DNA from: a bacterium HR11
GTDB lineage: Bacteria; Acidobacteriota; HRBIN11
Direction: 5' to 3'
Assembly (NCBI GenBank): GCA_002898535.1
Contig: BEHN01000001.1
Span: 261,564 to 325,563 of the forward strand
Length of the DNA: 64,000 bases
In this document: in pieces, positions 17,213 to 28,097 of the stretch
Numbering within the stretch: the stretch's first letter is position 1
Layout of the letters: each line of letters begins with the position of its first letter
Notes under the pieces: model-generated
Seen by the model: only the letters and a program-made list of their open reading frames with translations
The model's database searches: none
Told to the model about the DNA's origin: nothing
Program-made: the position numbers and the translations under genes

Positions 17213-18610
17213 GTGGCGACGTCCGTGGGGGAAAAGTATCTGTTCGTGACGGGAAAGCTGGCGGCCCCGGCGCTACGGGCGACCCTGGCGCAGGCCCATC
17301 TGCCCTTCGACTACGAGGTCGCCGTCATGAACATCAGCGTCGCCGCCCTGATGACACCGGAGTGGATCGCCCGCTTCTTGGAAGTCCCGCCGGGCGTCAC
17401 CCGCATCATGATCCCCGGCCTCTGCAAGGGCGACCCGCAAGTCCTGACGCAGAAGTTCGGGATTCCGGCCGAGAAGGGGCCGCCGGACCTGAAGCAGATC
17501 CCGAGCTACTTCGGTCGGGCCGGCGTGCGAGAGGACTACGGAGCGTATAACATCCGTATCTTCGCCGAGATCAACGACGTCCAGCGCCTGACTCTCGACC
17601 AGATCGTGACGATGGCCGAGTACTATCGGGCCAGCGGGGCCGACGTCATCGACCTGGGCCTGGCTTTAGACCGGCCGTGGGATGAAGGCCCGGCCGTCAT
17701 CGCCGAGCTGAAGGCTCGGGGCTTGACCCTCAGCATCGACACGATGAATCCCGACGAGATCCTCCGGGCCGACGCCGCCGGCGTCGACTATGTCCTCAGC
17801 CTAAACGGGTCGAACCTTTACCTGGCCGAGCGCATCCGGGCGACGCCCGTCCTGATCCCGGACAGCCCGGGCGACTTGGCGAGCCTGGAGCGGTCGATGG
17901 CCGTCCTGGAGCGTCTCGGCAAGCCCTACCTGGTGGACCCCATCCTGGAGCCGATCAACTTCGGATTTGCCGAGAGCCTGGCCCGCTACGTCGAGGTCCG
18001 CCGTCGGCATCCCGACGTCGAGATCCTGATGGGCATCGGCAACGTCACCGAGCTGACGGAGGCCGACACGACGGGGATGACGGCCTTGCTCATCGGCTTC
18101 TGCCAGGAACTGGAAATTCATCACGTCCTGACGACGGAGGTCATCCCCTGGGCCCGGGGCGTCGTCCGGGAGACGGCCATCGCCCGTCAGTTGATGTACT
18201 ATGCCAAACGGCACGGCGTCCTGCCCAAGCATATCGACAGCCGCCTCCTGACGGTCAAGGACGCCGAGTTCATGCCCTACACGGAGGCCGAGCTCCGTCA
18301 GCTCCAGGCTCAGGTCACGGACCCCAACTACCGTATCTTCGCCGACGCCGATTGGATTTACGTGTTCAACGCCGACCGCTTCGTCAAGGGCGTGGACATC
18401 AATGAAATCTTCGACCAGCTGGAGGTCGACGAGGCGACCCACGCCTTCTACCTGGGCAAGGAACTGATGAAGGCTTACATCGCCCGGTGCCTGCGCAAGA
18501 ACTACCGGCAGGAGAACCCCCTCGACTGGGGATACCTGACGTTTGACGAACCCCGGCGGGAACATGTCAAACTGACCCAGCGGGGCAAGGCGAAGCGGGG
18601 CGTGATATAG
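17213..18610 (+). CDS. Dihydropteroate synthase-like methanopterin biosynthesis protein (Orf20-like)
   Basis: LFVTGKLA N-terminal domain, GADVIDLG, LSIDT, GIGNVTELTEADTTG, HAFYLGKEL...YRQE. Confidence 0.8.
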   Translation: MATSVGEKYLFVTGKLAAPALRATLAQAHLPFDYEVAVMNISVAALMTPEWIARFLEVPPGVTRIMIPGLCKGDPQVLTQKFGIPAEKGPPDLKQIPSYFGRAGVREDYGAYNIRIFAEINDVQRLTLDQIVTMAEYYRASGADVIDLGLALDRPWDEGPAVIAELKARGLTLSIDTMNPDEILRADAAGVDYVLSLNGSNLYLAERIRATPVLIPDSPGDLASLERSMAVLERLGKPYLVDPILEPINFGFAESLARYVEVRRRHPDVEILMGIGNVTELTEADTTGMTALLIGFCQELEIHHVLTTEVIPWARGVVRETAIARQLMYYAKRHGVLPKHIDSRLLTVKDAEFMPYTEAELRQLQAQVTDPNYRIFADADWIYVFNADRFVKGVDINEIFDQLEVDEATHAFYLGKELMKAYIARCLRKNYRQENPLDWGYLTFDEPRREHVKLTQRGKAKRGVI

Positions 18611-18750
18611 ACCACGGACCTCAGACCACGGAGTCGGGACCCTTGACCTGGGTCGGCCGGAGGGCCCCGTCTTGGAATGTAGCGGCCCGAGCTCCCCAGG
18701 TCAGTCTGTAGTCTGTGGGCCACAGTCTTTTTCACACCGCGAGGTGGGCC

Positions 18751-19626
18751 ATGAAGAAAATCCTCATCCAACTCGACACGGACAAGCATCCGAGCACCTT
18801 CGACCGCATCGTCGCTTATGACGCCGGGGCCGACGAGGTCCTCAGTTACGGCGGCGTCACGCCGGGCGACGTGCGGGGCCTCGTCCTGAGCGCCGTCTTC
18901 ACGCGGGGCGTGCCGGACCTGAAGACCATCGCCGTCTGGATCGGGGGCTTTAACGTCGCCCTGGGCGAGCAAATCCTGGCCGAGGTCCAGCGGTCCTTCT
19001 TCGGACCCTTCCGGGTGTCCGTCATGCTGGACTCGAACGGATGCAATACGACGGCGGCGACGGCCATCGCCAAGCTCGTCAAGGCCCACGACCTCAAGGG
19101 CAAGAAGGCCGTCGTGATCGGCCTGGGGCCGGTCGGCCTCCGGTCGGCCCTGCTCCTCCAGCAGGAGGGCTGTTCGGTCACGGTCACGTCCATCCCGCCG
19201 GACCTCCTGGGCGCTCGGTACAACCCGGAAATCGCCCGCCAGAGCTTGGAGATGGCTCGGCAGGTCCCGAACCTTACCGTCGAGGACGTTCCCGACCGGA
19301 CGGCCCTCGAGCGCTGTCTGGAGGGGGCCGAAATCGCCATCACCGCCGGTCCGGCCGGTGTCCAGCTCCTGCGTTATGACTTCTGGTCGAAGCATCCGAC
19401 GCTCCGGTGGCTGGTCGATTTCAACCTGACCGAACCCTTAGGGATCGAGGGTATTAAGCCGTCGGACGACCTGACCGAACGGGACGGCAAGCTCGTCCTG
19501 GGTCCGCTGGCCATCGGGAATCCCAAGATGAAGGTCCACAAGGCGTGCGTCGCCAAGCTCTTCGAGCGCAACGACCTCGTCTTGAACATCGAAGGGGTCT
19601 ACGCCGTCGCCCGAGAAACGGTGTAA
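18751..19626 (+). CDS. mtd: NAD(P)-dependent methylene-H4MPT dehydrogenase (MtdA/B/C family)
   Basis: QLDTDKHPSTFDRIVAYDAG, FTRG, DSNGCNTTAATA, GPLAIGNPKMKVH. Confidence 0.88.
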   Translation: MKKILIQLDTDKHPSTFDRIVAYDAGADEVLSYGGVTPGDVRGLVLSAVFTRGVPDLKTIAVWIGGFNVALGEQILAEVQRSFFGPFRVSVMLDSNGCNTTAATAIAKLVKAHDLKGKKAVVIGLGPVGLRSALLLQQEGCSVTVTSIPPDLLGARYNPEIARQSLEMARQVPNLTVEDVPDRTALERCLEGAEIAITAGPAGVQLLRYDFWSKHPTLRWLVDFNLTEPLGIEGIKPSDDLTERDGKLVLGPLAIGNPKMKVHKACVAKLFERNDLVLNIEGVYAVARETV

Positions 19627-19663
19627 GGAATCGGTGAAGTCCGACACCCAGCCCTGAGGGCTC

Positions 19664-20758
19664 ATGCGTGTCCTCGGCATCGACCCGGGTACGGTCTCCT
19701 TTGACGTATGCGGTCTGGAGGACGGCCGGGTCTTCTTGGACTTACAGGTCGCCTCGCCGGACCTGGCGGAGGACCCGTCCCCTCTGGTGGAAACTCTGCG
19801 GGCCTGCGGTCCGGTCGACCTGGTCGTGGGTCCGTCCGGTTACGGCCTGCCCCTTGTGCGCGGCGACCAGGTCGGGGAGCGGGAACTGGCCCTGATGGTC
19901 CTCGTTCGAGCCGACGACCCGACGGCGGGACAGGGCGGGATCCAGGGATTTCGCCGCATTGTGCAGGCCCTGATCGCTACCGGCCTGCCCGTTGTATTCG
20001 TCCCGGGGGTCATCCACCTCCCGACGGTCCCGGCTTATCGGAAGGCCAATCGCATCGACATGGGGACGGCCGATAAGGTTTGTAGCGCCGCCCTGGGGAT
20101 TTATGACCAGGCTCGACGCTACGAGATCCCGTACGCAGAGACGTCCTTCATCTTGCTGGAGCTGGGCGGCGCCTTCACGGCGGCCCTGGCCGTCGAGAGA
20201 GGCCGGATCGTGGACGGTCTCGGCGGCGCCTCAGGCCCCATCGGCCTGCGGAGCGGCGGGGCGATGGACGGTGAAGTCGCCTACCTCATCGGTGGGGCCC
20301 TTTCCAAAGGAACGGTCTTCAGCGGCGGGGCGGCGGACATCGCCGGAGCCGATCCGGCCACGGATATCGAGACATGGCCGGACGATCCCCGCTACCGACC
20401 GGCCTGGCGGGCGTGGGTCGAGGGCGCCGTCAAGGCCGTCCGGGCCCTGACGGCCGTCCTGCCGCGGCCTCGGGAGATCTTGCTATCGGGCCGGATGAGT
20501 GCCTTGGGACGGGTCATCGCCGAGATGACTGACCGTCTTTCCGATATCGCCCCCGTCCGGCGGATGGGCGGCTTGGCCTGGCCTGACGGGACGCCGGTCC
20601 GGGCGAAGGAGGCGGCCCAGGGGGCGGCGCTCCTGGCCGACGGCCTCGCCGGAGGTCCCTTCGAACCTCTCGTCGAGGCCCTGGAACTCCGCCGGGCTTC
20701 GGGGACCGTCCTCGATTACCTATATCTTCGGGGCGCCGAGACGATTCGCCTCCGATAG
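19664..20758 (+). CDS. DUF1464-family ASKHA-fold (butyrate-kinase-like) protein
   Basis: GIDPGTVSFD, GPSGYGLP, PGVIHLPTVPAYRKANRIDMGTADK, AKEAAQGAALLADGLAGG. Confidence 0.8.
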   Translation: MRVLGIDPGTVSFDVCGLEDGRVFLDLQVASPDLAEDPSPLVETLRACGPVDLVVGPSGYGLPLVRGDQVGERELALMVLVRADDPTAGQGGIQGFRRIVQALIATGLPVVFVPGVIHLPTVPAYRKANRIDMGTADKVCSAALGIYDQARRYEIPYAETSFILLELGGAFTAALAVERGRIVDGLGGASGPIGLRSGGAMDGEVAYLIGGALSKGTVFSGGAADIAGADPATDIETWPDDPRYRPAWRAWVEGAVKAVRALTAVLPRPREILLSGRMSALGRVIAEMTDRLSDIAPVRRMGGLAWPDGTPVRAKEAAQGAALLADGLAGGPFEPLVEALELRRASGTVLDYLYLRGAETIRLR

Positions 20759-20804
20759 GCAGGGCCGTAAGGCGATATCGCCTCACTGCCTGACTGTCCT
20801 TCCC

Positions 20805-21974
20805 ATGGCGATTCTCCTCGTCGGTTACAGCGTCCGCATGCTTGCTGAGCTGGCCGTCCGGGCCGGCTACGACGTATTCGCCCTGGACTACTTCGGCGAC
20901 GCCGACCTGCGGGCCTTGTGTCCGGGCCTGTCGCTCCGGCACGACTTCAATGGCCAGTCTTACGACCCGAGGACGCTCGTTCGTATCGCCGCCACGCTGA
21001 GTCACCCGGCCGTCGTGTACGGGGCCAGCTTTGAAAACCATCCTGCGTTGGTCGTCCGTCTGGCCCGGGGACGGCGGCTCCTGGGCAACTCGCCGGCGAC
21101 CCTTCGGGGCGTCCGAAACCCCTTCCGTCTCGGCGACGTCTTACGGTCGGCCGGCCGGGCCTTTCCCGAGACGCTTCCGGCGGACCCAGTGAAGCGGCCG
21201 GACCCGAAGCGCCGATGGCTCCTGAAGCCCCTGCGGAGCGGCGGCGGGCACGCCGTCCGGGTCTGGTCCGGGGGTGCCGTCCCATCGGATGCCGTCTTGC
21301 AGGAATACCGTCCCGGCATGGTCGGCTCGGCCGTCTTCGTGGCCGACGGTCGGCGGGCCGTCCTGCTCGGCGTGACCGAACAACTCGTCGGCCGCCGAGC
21401 CTTCGGCGCTCGGGACTTCCGGTACTGCGGGAACCTCGTCCCGCCCCGCTTGGCATCCGACGAGCTGCGGGCCCTCATCGATGAGGCTCGGGCCGTCGCC
21501 GCCGTCCTGACCGAGGCCTTTGGGCTTCGGGGCTTGAACGGCATCGACTTTGTCTGGTCGGGGGGGCGCCTCTGGACGATCGAGGTCAATCCCCGGCCGC
21601 CGGCTTCCTTAGAGCCCCTGGAGATGGTCTACGGGTATCGGACTTTCGAGCTCCACGTGCGGGCCTTCGACGGGGACCTACCGGAATTCGACCTCGGGCA
21701 GGCCGAACGGCGGGTTTCGGCGGCGGGCAAGGCGGTCCTCTACGCGACCGAGGACGTGACAGTCGGTGATACGGGGGACTGGCCCGGGCGAGGCATTCGG
21801 GACGTGCCCCATCCGGACGAGTTCATCCCGCGAGACCGGCCGATTTGTACCCTGCGGGCGGTGGGCCCGACGCCGGCGGCGTGCTTGAACCGACTCCGGC
21901 GGCGGGCCCGCTGGATTTACTCCCGACTGGGGTGCTCCTCATTCGTAGGGCGATGGAAAAGGCCCAGGGCATAG
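20805..21974 (+). CDS. ATP-grasp protein of the type found in methanopterin/methanofuran clusters
   Basis: DYFGDADL, LLGNS, WLLKPLRSGGG, FRYCGN, GIDF...IEVNPR. Confidence 0.78.
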   Translation: MAILLVGYSVRMLAELAVRAGYDVFALDYFGDADLRALCPGLSLRHDFNGQSYDPRTLVRIAATLSHPAVVYGASFENHPALVVRLARGRRLLGNSPATLRGVRNPFRLGDVLRSAGRAFPETLPADPVKRPDPKRRWLLKPLRSGGGHAVRVWSGGAVPSDAVLQEYRPGMVGSAVFVADGRRAVLLGVTEQLVGRRAFGARDFRYCGNLVPPRLASDELRALIDEARAVAAVLTEAFGLRGLNGIDFVWSGGRLWTIEVNPRPPASLEPLEMVYGYRTFELHVRAFDGDLPEFDLGQAERRVSAAGKAVLYATEDVTVGDTGDWPGRGIRDVPHPDEFIPRDRPICTLRAVGPTPAACLNRLRRRARWIYSRLGCSSFVGRWKRPRA

Positions 21975-22184
21975 GGTTGGCAACACCTGACATCCCTGTG
22001 GTTTTTCATGGAATCCCGGGGTATGGGGAAAACTTGCGTCGGCCGTCTTCGGCGATGGCTCATGGCTCGTATTAGCTCATGGGTCATAGCTCATGGCTCA
22101 TGGTCCCATGAGCTATCAGCCATGAGCTATGAGCCAACCGGAAGTGGCGTCGCAAAAGGTGATATGATGGGTCGACCGGCGGAC

Positions 22185-22212
22185 TTGACTTGGAGGGGAC
22201 TTGGAGTATAAT
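22185..22212 (+). promoter_or_regulatory. Sigma70 promoter of the ilv-leu operon leader
   Basis: TTGACT-N16-TATAAT. Confidence 0.65.
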
Positions 22213-22252
22213 TGGAGGTCGATTGGCCCTCTAAGACGAGGAGGATGGGTCG

Positions 22253-22390
22253 ATGACAGGCCATCTGTGGACGACGGGGTCGGTCGTTCGGCCGTCAGGG
22301 GTTGACCCCGTGAACCGGATGGGCGTCGTGTCGCAACTCGTCCTCTCCCTGCTGTGCCTGTCTCTGCTGCTGATCTCCCCCTGGGGGTAG
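22253..22390 (+). CDS. Putative Leu/Val/Ile-rich leader peptide (45 aa; in-frame alternative start at 22319)
   Basis: GAGGAGG RBS 8 nt before ATG; MTGHLWTTGSVVRPSGVDPVNRMGVVSQLVLSLLCLSLLLISPWG*; lies between the promoter and ilvD. Confidence 0.6.
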   Translation: MTGHLWTTGSVVRPSGVDPVNRMGVVSQLVLSLLCLSLLLISPWG

Positions 22391-22903
22391 GGGGAGAGCC
22401 GCACTCAATCATCACCACACCACATTTCGTCAGGGTCTCTCGCTTTCCATCCTCAGCGGTCGGGTCCCGCGCGGACCGTCGATGGAGCGGGTGTAGGACT
22501 TTCGGCAAAACGCCAAGGGCGGAGAGTCCGATACCCCGCTCGCCCCATCCTATCCAAGCCCCGCTCGCCTGAAAGTGGGGTCATGAGATAGACCCCGGAC
22601 CACCGACCGTTGGCCATTCGCTGAGGGGGTGGTCGCCCCGGGACGGATGCCCGCATGACGGCGGGCTCTGAATCGGATGACGCCGGCGCGACTGAGGACA
22701 CCGGACACTCCCCAAGAGGTCTCCTTCATTTCGGCCTATCGGCCCATCGGCCGACCGGCCCGACGGCCGGGCGGCCGGATGGCCGTGACCCCGCTCGGGC
22801 GAGCGGGGCTTGGATAAAAAAACTGCCCATCGGCCGACTGCCGGACTCCCGAATTCCCGGACGGCCGATCCTGAGACCCGGGACCTGATATCGGAGGCAT
22901 TGG

Positions 22904-24586
22904 ATGAAGGACACGCCGCATCGTCGGTACCGAAGCGACGCCGTCAAGCGGGGTCCCCAGTGGGCGCCCCACCGGGCCATGTATCGGGCGATGGGCCTGA
23001 CGGACGCCGACATCGAGCGGCCCTTTGTGGCCATCGCCACGTCCTGGAACGAGGCGACGCCCTGCAACATCCATCTGGACCGCCTCGCTCGGGCCGCCCA
23101 AGCGGGCGTCCGGGCCGCCGGCGGGACGCCCCGGATATTCGGGACCATCGCCGTCTCGGACGGTATCGCCATGGGTCACGAGGGCATGAAGGCCTCCCTG
23201 GTCAGTCGGGAAGTCATCGCCGACAGCGTGGAGCTGATGGTCCATGCCCATCAGTACGACGCCCTCGTCGGCATCGCCGGCTGTGACAAGAGTCTGCCCG
23301 GGATGGTCATGGCCATGGCTCGGCTGAACGTCCCGTCGGTCTTTGTTTACGGGGGTACGATCCTCCCGGGCCGCTTTCGGGGTCGGGACGTGACGATCCA
23401 GGACGTCTTCGAAGCCGTCGGGGCCTATGCCGCCGGCCAGCTCAGCGAGGCCGACCTCTATGAGCTGGAGTGCGCCGCCTGTCCGACGGAGGGGTCGTGT
23501 GCGGGCATGTATACGGCCAACACGATGGCCGTCCTCATGGAGGCCCTGGGCCTGGCCCTGCCGGGAAGCGCCACCCCGCCGGCGCCCGACCCCCGTCGGG
23601 ACGACGTGGCCCGCCGGAGCGGCGAGGCCGTCCTGCGTCTACTCGAGATGGACCTCCGGCCCCGGGACATCCTGACCCGGGCGGCCTTCTTGAACGCCAT
23701 CACGGTCGATGCGGCCATCGGGGGTTCGACCAACGCCGTCCTGCATCTCTTGGCCATCGCTCGGGAGGCCGGCGTCGAGCTGTCGTTGGAAGACTTCGAC
23801 CGCATCAGTCGGTGCACGCCCCACATCGCCGACCTGCGGCCCGGGGGCCGATACGTCATGGCCGACCTGGACCGGGTCGGCGGGGTTCCCCGACTGATGA
23901 AGGTCCTGCTGGAAGCGGGCCTGCTCGACGGGGACTGCCGGACGGTCACGGGGAAGACCCTGCGGGAGAACCTGGCCGAGTTCGTCTTTGAGGACGAGCC
24001 CCAGGACGTCATCCGCCCGGTCGAGGACCCCATCGCCCCGACCGGGACGATCTGCGTCCTGTGGGGGAACCTGGCGCCGGAGGGGGCCGTCGTCAAGCGG
24101 GCCGGCGTCCGGCGGCTGGTCCACACGGGACCGGCCCGGGTCTTCGATTCGGAGGAGGCGGCCTTTCAGGCCATCTCCCGGCGGGAGATTCGGCCCGGCG
24201 ACGTCGTCGTCATCCGCTATGAGGGCCCGAAGGGAGGCCCCGGCATGCGGGAGATGCTGGCCGTGACGGCGGCCCTGGTCGGGCAGGGCCTGGGCGAGCG
24301 GGTCGCCCTCATCACGGACGGGCGCTTTTCAGGTGCGACCCGCGGCCTCATGGTGGGCCACGTATCGCCGGAGGCCGCCGTCGGCGGGCCCATCGCTCTC
24401 CTTCGGGACGGCGACGAGATCACCATCGACGTGCCGAATCGGCGTTTGGAAGTGAAGCTGTCGCCCGACGAGATGGCGGCGCGTCGGGCCGTTTGGACCC
24501 CGCCCCCGCCCCGGTACACGCAGGGGGCCCTGGCCAAGTACGCCCGGCTGGTGTCCTCGGCGGCCGAGGGAGCCGTATGCCGCTGA
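22904..24586 (+). CDS. ilvD: Dihydroxy-acid dehydratase
   Basis: [53 protein letters not shown]. Confidence 0.96.
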   Translation: MKDTPHRRYRSDAVKRGPQWAPHRAMYRAMGLTDADIERPFVAIATSWNEATPCNIHLDRLARAAQAGVRAAGGTPRIFGTIAVSDGIAMGHEGMKASLVSREVIADSVELMVHAHQYDALVGIAGCDKSLPGMVMAMARLNVPSVFVYGGTILPGRFRGRDVTIQDVFEAVGAYAAGQLSEADLYELECAACPTEGSCAGMYTANTMAVLMEALGLALPGSATPPAPDPRRDDVARRSGEAVLRLLEMDLRPRDILTRAAFLNAITVDAAIGGSTNAVLHLLAIAREAGVELSLEDFDRISRCTPHIADLRPGGRYVMADLDRVGGVPRLMKVLLEAGLLDGDCRTVTGKTLRENLAEFVFEDEPQDVIRPVEDPIAPTGTICVLWGNLAPEGAVVKRAGVRRLVHTGPARVFDSEEAAFQAISRREIRPGDVVVIRYEGPKGGPGMREMLAVTAALVGQGLGERVALITDGRFSGATRGLMVGHVSPEAAVGGPIALLRDGDEITIDVPNRRLEVKLSPDEMAARRAVWTPPPPRYTQGALAKYARLVSSAAEGAVCR

Positions 24587-24641
24587 CCCCTTCTCAGACC
24601 ATCGGGCATGGACCTGGCCCCATGCCGACGGGAGGAAGGCT

Positions 24642-26369
24642 ATGCAGATGACCGGTGCCGAGATGATCCTGGAGTGCCTCATCCGGGAAGGCGTGGAAGT
24701 CGTCTTCGGCCTGCCCGGCGGGGCGAACCTCCCCCTGTATGACGCCCTTCCCCGCTACTTTCCCCGGATCCGGCACTACTTGGTCCGGCACGAGCAGGCG
24801 GCGGCCCTGGCGGCCGATGCCTACGCCCGGGTGACGGGCCGGGTCGGCGTGTGTTTTGCGACCTCGGGGCCTGGGGCCACGAACCTCGTGACGGGCATCG
24901 CCAACGCCTGGATGGATTCGGTCCCCGTCGTCGCCATCACGGGCTCGGTCGTCCGGGGCCTCATCGGGCGGGACGGCTTCCAGGAGGCCGACATCACGGG
25001 CATCACGATCCCCATCACGAAACACAACTACCTCGTCCGAGACGTCCGGGCCATCCCCCGGGTCCTCCGGGAGGCCTTCTACATCGCCCGGTCCGGGAGG
25101 CCCGGGCCGGTCCTGGTCGACATTCCCCGGGACGTCCAGCAGGAGCGGGCCGAGTTCGAATGGCCCGAGGAGGCCCGCCCGCGGGGATACCGACCGCCGG
25201 TCGAGCCGGACCCCCGGGCGGTCGAGCAAGCCGCCCGGCTCATCGCCGAGTCGGACCGACCCCTCATCCTGGCCGGCCACGGGGTCATCATCGCCCAGGC
25301 GTATGACGAACTCCGGGAGCTGGCCGAGCGGGCCAACGTCCCGGTCATCACGACGCTTCTGGGCATCAGCGGCTTTCCGCCGGACCACCCCCTGTATCTC
25401 GGGATGCCGGGTATGCATGGAATGCACTGGAACAACCTGGCCATCTCGGAGGCCGACCTCCTCATCGCCGTCGGGATGCGGTTCGACGACCGGGTCACGG
25501 GTCGGCTCAAGGACTTCGCCCCCCGGGCCCGGGTCATCCACATCGAGGTCGACCCGGCGGAGGTCGGCAAGAACGTGCGGCCGACGGTGACCCTGCTGGG
25601 CGACGCCCGCGTGTGCCTCCGACGGCTCAACGGGGAAGTCCGCTACAAGGAGCGGTCCGAGTGGTTCGCCCGTCTGGAGGCCCTCAAACAGGCCTATCCC
25701 TCGCTGGTCTATCCCGACGACCCGGAGGAAGTCCGGCCCCAGTACGTCATCCAGAAGATTTACGAGATGACCGACGGGGACGCCTACTTCGTGACCGGCG
25801 TCGGTCAGCACCAGATGTGGGCCGCTCAGTTCTTTCGAGGCCGTCGGCCCAATTCGTTCATCACCTCCGGGGGCCTGGGGACGATGGGCTACGAGATTCC
25901 GGGCGCCATCGGCGTTCAGGTCGCCCGACCCGGCGACCTTGTGTGGGCCATCTGCGGGGACGGCGGATTCCAGATGACGTGCCAGGAGCTGGCGACGGTG
26001 GCCGAAAACGGCCTGCCCATCAAGTTCGCCATCATCGACAACGGCCATCACGGGATGGTCCGTCAGTGGCAACAGCTCTTCTACCGGGGGAACCTGGTCG
26101 CCAGCCGGCTCCGGAACCCGGACTTCGTCCGGCTGGCCGAGGCTTACGGCATCCTGGGCCTCCGGGCCGTCCGGCGGGAAGACGTCCCGGCGGTCATCGA
26201 CCGGGCCCTCCGTCATCCGGGGCCGGTCCTCATCGACTTTCGGGTCAAGCAGGACGAGAACTGCTACCCGATGGTCCCGCCGGGGGCGTCGTTACAGGAG
26301 ACCATCGGCCTGCCGGAGGAGTACAGGGCCCTGGCCCCAAAGCCATCCGCCGTGGAGGTCGAGTCATGA
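24642..26369 (+). CDS. ilvB: Acetolactate synthase large subunit
   Basis: RHEQAA, TSGPGATN, FQEAD, GDGGFQMT, GMVRQWQ. Confidence 0.96.
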   Translation: MQMTGAEMILECLIREGVEVVFGLPGGANLPLYDALPRYFPRIRHYLVRHEQAAALAADAYARVTGRVGVCFATSGPGATNLVTGIANAWMDSVPVVAITGSVVRGLIGRDGFQEADITGITIPITKHNYLVRDVRAIPRVLREAFYIARSGRPGPVLVDIPRDVQQERAEFEWPEEARPRGYRPPVEPDPRAVEQAARLIAESDRPLILAGHGVIIAQAYDELRELAERANVPVITTLLGISGFPPDHPLYLGMPGMHGMHWNNLAISEADLLIAVGMRFDDRVTGRLKDFAPRARVIHIEVDPAEVGKNVRPTVTLLGDARVCLRRLNGEVRYKERSEWFARLEALKQAYPSLVYPDDPEEVRPQYVIQKIYEMTDGDAYFVTGVGQHQMWAAQFFRGRRPNSFITSGGLGTMGYEIPGAIGVQVARPGDLVWAICGDGGFQMTCQELATVAENGLPIKFAIIDNGHHGMVRQWQQLFYRGNLVASRLRNPDFVRLAEAYGILGLRAVRREDVPAVIDRALRHPGPVLIDFRVKQDENCYPMVPPGASLQETIGLPEEYRALAPKPSAVEVES

Positions 26370-26932
26370 GGGACGGAAACATCCGTCGCCGTCGCCACAC
26401 CGTCATCGCCCAGCTGGAGGACCGACCGGGCGCCCTCAACCGCATCGTTTCCCGGTGTCGCCAGCGGGGCTTCGACATCGAGAGTCTGGTCGTCGGCCGG
26501 TCGGAGACGCCGGGGCTTCTCCGGATGACCCTGGTCGTCGACGGCGGCATCGACGCCGAACAGGTCGTCCGCCAGTTGGGCAAGCTGGTCGACGTCCTGG
26601 ACATCCGGGACGTCTCGGACGAGGACACCCTCGTCCGGGAGATGGCGCTCATCAAGGTTCGATGGGATGCAGACCGCCGGACCCACATCACCGAGGTCGT
26701 CCGAGCCTTCCGGGCCCGGATCGTCGACGTCTCGCCGGCCTCCGTCATCGTCGAGGTCACGGGCGATGAGGGCAAGGTCGACGCCCTGGTCCGGCTCCTG
26801 CAGGACTACGGGGTCATCGAGATGGTCCGGACGGGCCGACTGGCCATGCTTCGGGGTCCGGCGCCCTCACACCCGCCGCTGGAACAACTGGAAGAGGCTT
26901 ACGAGTACTGTCCAGTGCCTCAACCCCGATAG
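26366..26932 (+). CDS. ilvN: Acetolactate synthase small subunit
   Basis: EDRPGALNRIV...RGFDIESL ACT domain, REMALIKV, EMVRTG; ATGA overlap with ilvB stop. Confidence 0.93.
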   Translation: MRDGNIRRRRHTVIAQLEDRPGALNRIVSRCRQRGFDIESLVVGRSETPGLLRMTLVVDGGIDAEQVVRQLGKLVDVLDIRDVSDEDTLVREMALIKVRWDADRRTHITEVVRAFRARIVDVSPASVIVEVTGDEGKVDALVRLLQDYGVIEMVRTGRLAMLRGPAPSHPPLEQLEEAYEYCPVPQPR

Positions 26933-27001
26933 GGCTCCGTTTCGTCGGAAGCGGGCGGGGACGCCTGCGCTCCGGTAGAAGCGGAGCGATAGGAGGAGAC
27001 G

Positions 27002-28006
27002 ATGGCCAAAGTTTACTACGACGCGGACGCCGACCTGGGCCTGCTTCGAGATAAAAAGGTCGCCGTCATCGGTTTCGGCTCCCAGGGCCACGCCCATGCC
27101 CTCAACCTGAAGGACTCGGGCGTCGACGTGACGGTCGGACTGTACCCGGGCTCTCCTTCCTGGTCGAGGGCCCAGGCCGCCGGCCTGCGGGTCGTCTCGG
27201 TCGCCGAGGCCGTCCAGCGGGCCGACATCGTCATGCTGTTGGTCCCGGACCCCGTCCAGCCCCAGGTGTACCGGGAGAGCATCGGCCCCCATCTTCGGCC
27301 GGGTCAACTCCTGATGTTCGCCCACGGGTTCAACATCCATTTTCGTCAGATCGTCCCCCCGCCGGAGGTGGACGTGACGATGGTCGCCCCGAAGGCCCCG
27401 GGGCATCGGATGCGGGAACTCTTCACGCAGGGCATCGGGGTCCCGGCCCTCCTGGCCGTCCATCAGGACGCCACCGAGCGGGCCAAGCCCCTGACGCTGG
27501 CTTACGCCAAGGGCATCGGCTGTACGCGGGCCGGCGTCATCGAGACGACCTTCGCCGAGGAGACGGAGACGGACCTCTTTGGCGAGCAGGCCGTCCTGTG
27601 CGGGGGCGTGACGGCCCTCATCCAGGCGGCCTTCGAGACGCTGGTCGAGGCGGGCTATCAGCCCGAGATCGCCTACTTCGAGTGTCTCCACGAGCTGAAG
27701 CTCATCGTGGACCTCATGTACGAAGGCGGGATGTCCTACATGCGGTATTCGGTCTCCGACACGGCCGAGTACGGCGACTACACGCGGGGACCGCGCGTGA
27801 TCGACGACCACGTGCGCCGGACCCTGCGGGAGATCCTGCGGGAGGTCCAGACGGGCGTCTTTGCCCGGGAGTGGATCCTGGAGAACCAGGCCGGTCGGCC
27901 CGTCTTCGAGACCCTGCGACGCCGGCAGGCTCAGCATCCCATCGAGGAGGTCGGCCGGCGCCTGCGGGCCATGATGCCCTGGCTCAAGGGCGGGCCGACT
28001 CGTTAA
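27002..28006 (+). CDS. ilvC: Ketol-acid reductoisomerase
   Basis: [35 protein letters not shown]. Confidence 0.97.
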   Translation: MAKVYYDADADLGLLRDKKVAVIGFGSQGHAHALNLKDSGVDVTVGLYPGSPSWSRAQAAGLRVVSVAEAVQRADIVMLLVPDPVQPQVYRESIGPHLRPGQLLMFAHGFNIHFRQIVPPPEVDVTMVAPKAPGHRMRELFTQGIGVPALLAVHQDATERAKPLTLAYAKGIGCTRAGVIETTFAEETETDLFGEQAVLCGGVTALIQAAFETLVEAGYQPEIAYFECLHELKLIVDLMYEGGMSYMRYSVSDTAEYGDYTRGPRVIDDHVRRTLREILREVQTGVFAREWILENQAGRPVFETLRRRQAQHPIEEVGRRLRAMMPWLKGGPTR

Positions 28007-28097
28007 CAAGGCCGTGTCGGGCGTTAAGGAACCCCGACTCTGGCCTTAGGACCGACCTGCCCACCTGCCGAATTGCCGAAAATAAGGAGGTCTTGCG

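Noticed and set aside
25613..26932. 439-aa ORF
   Set aside because: Off-frame extension over ilvB; real ilvN starts at 26366
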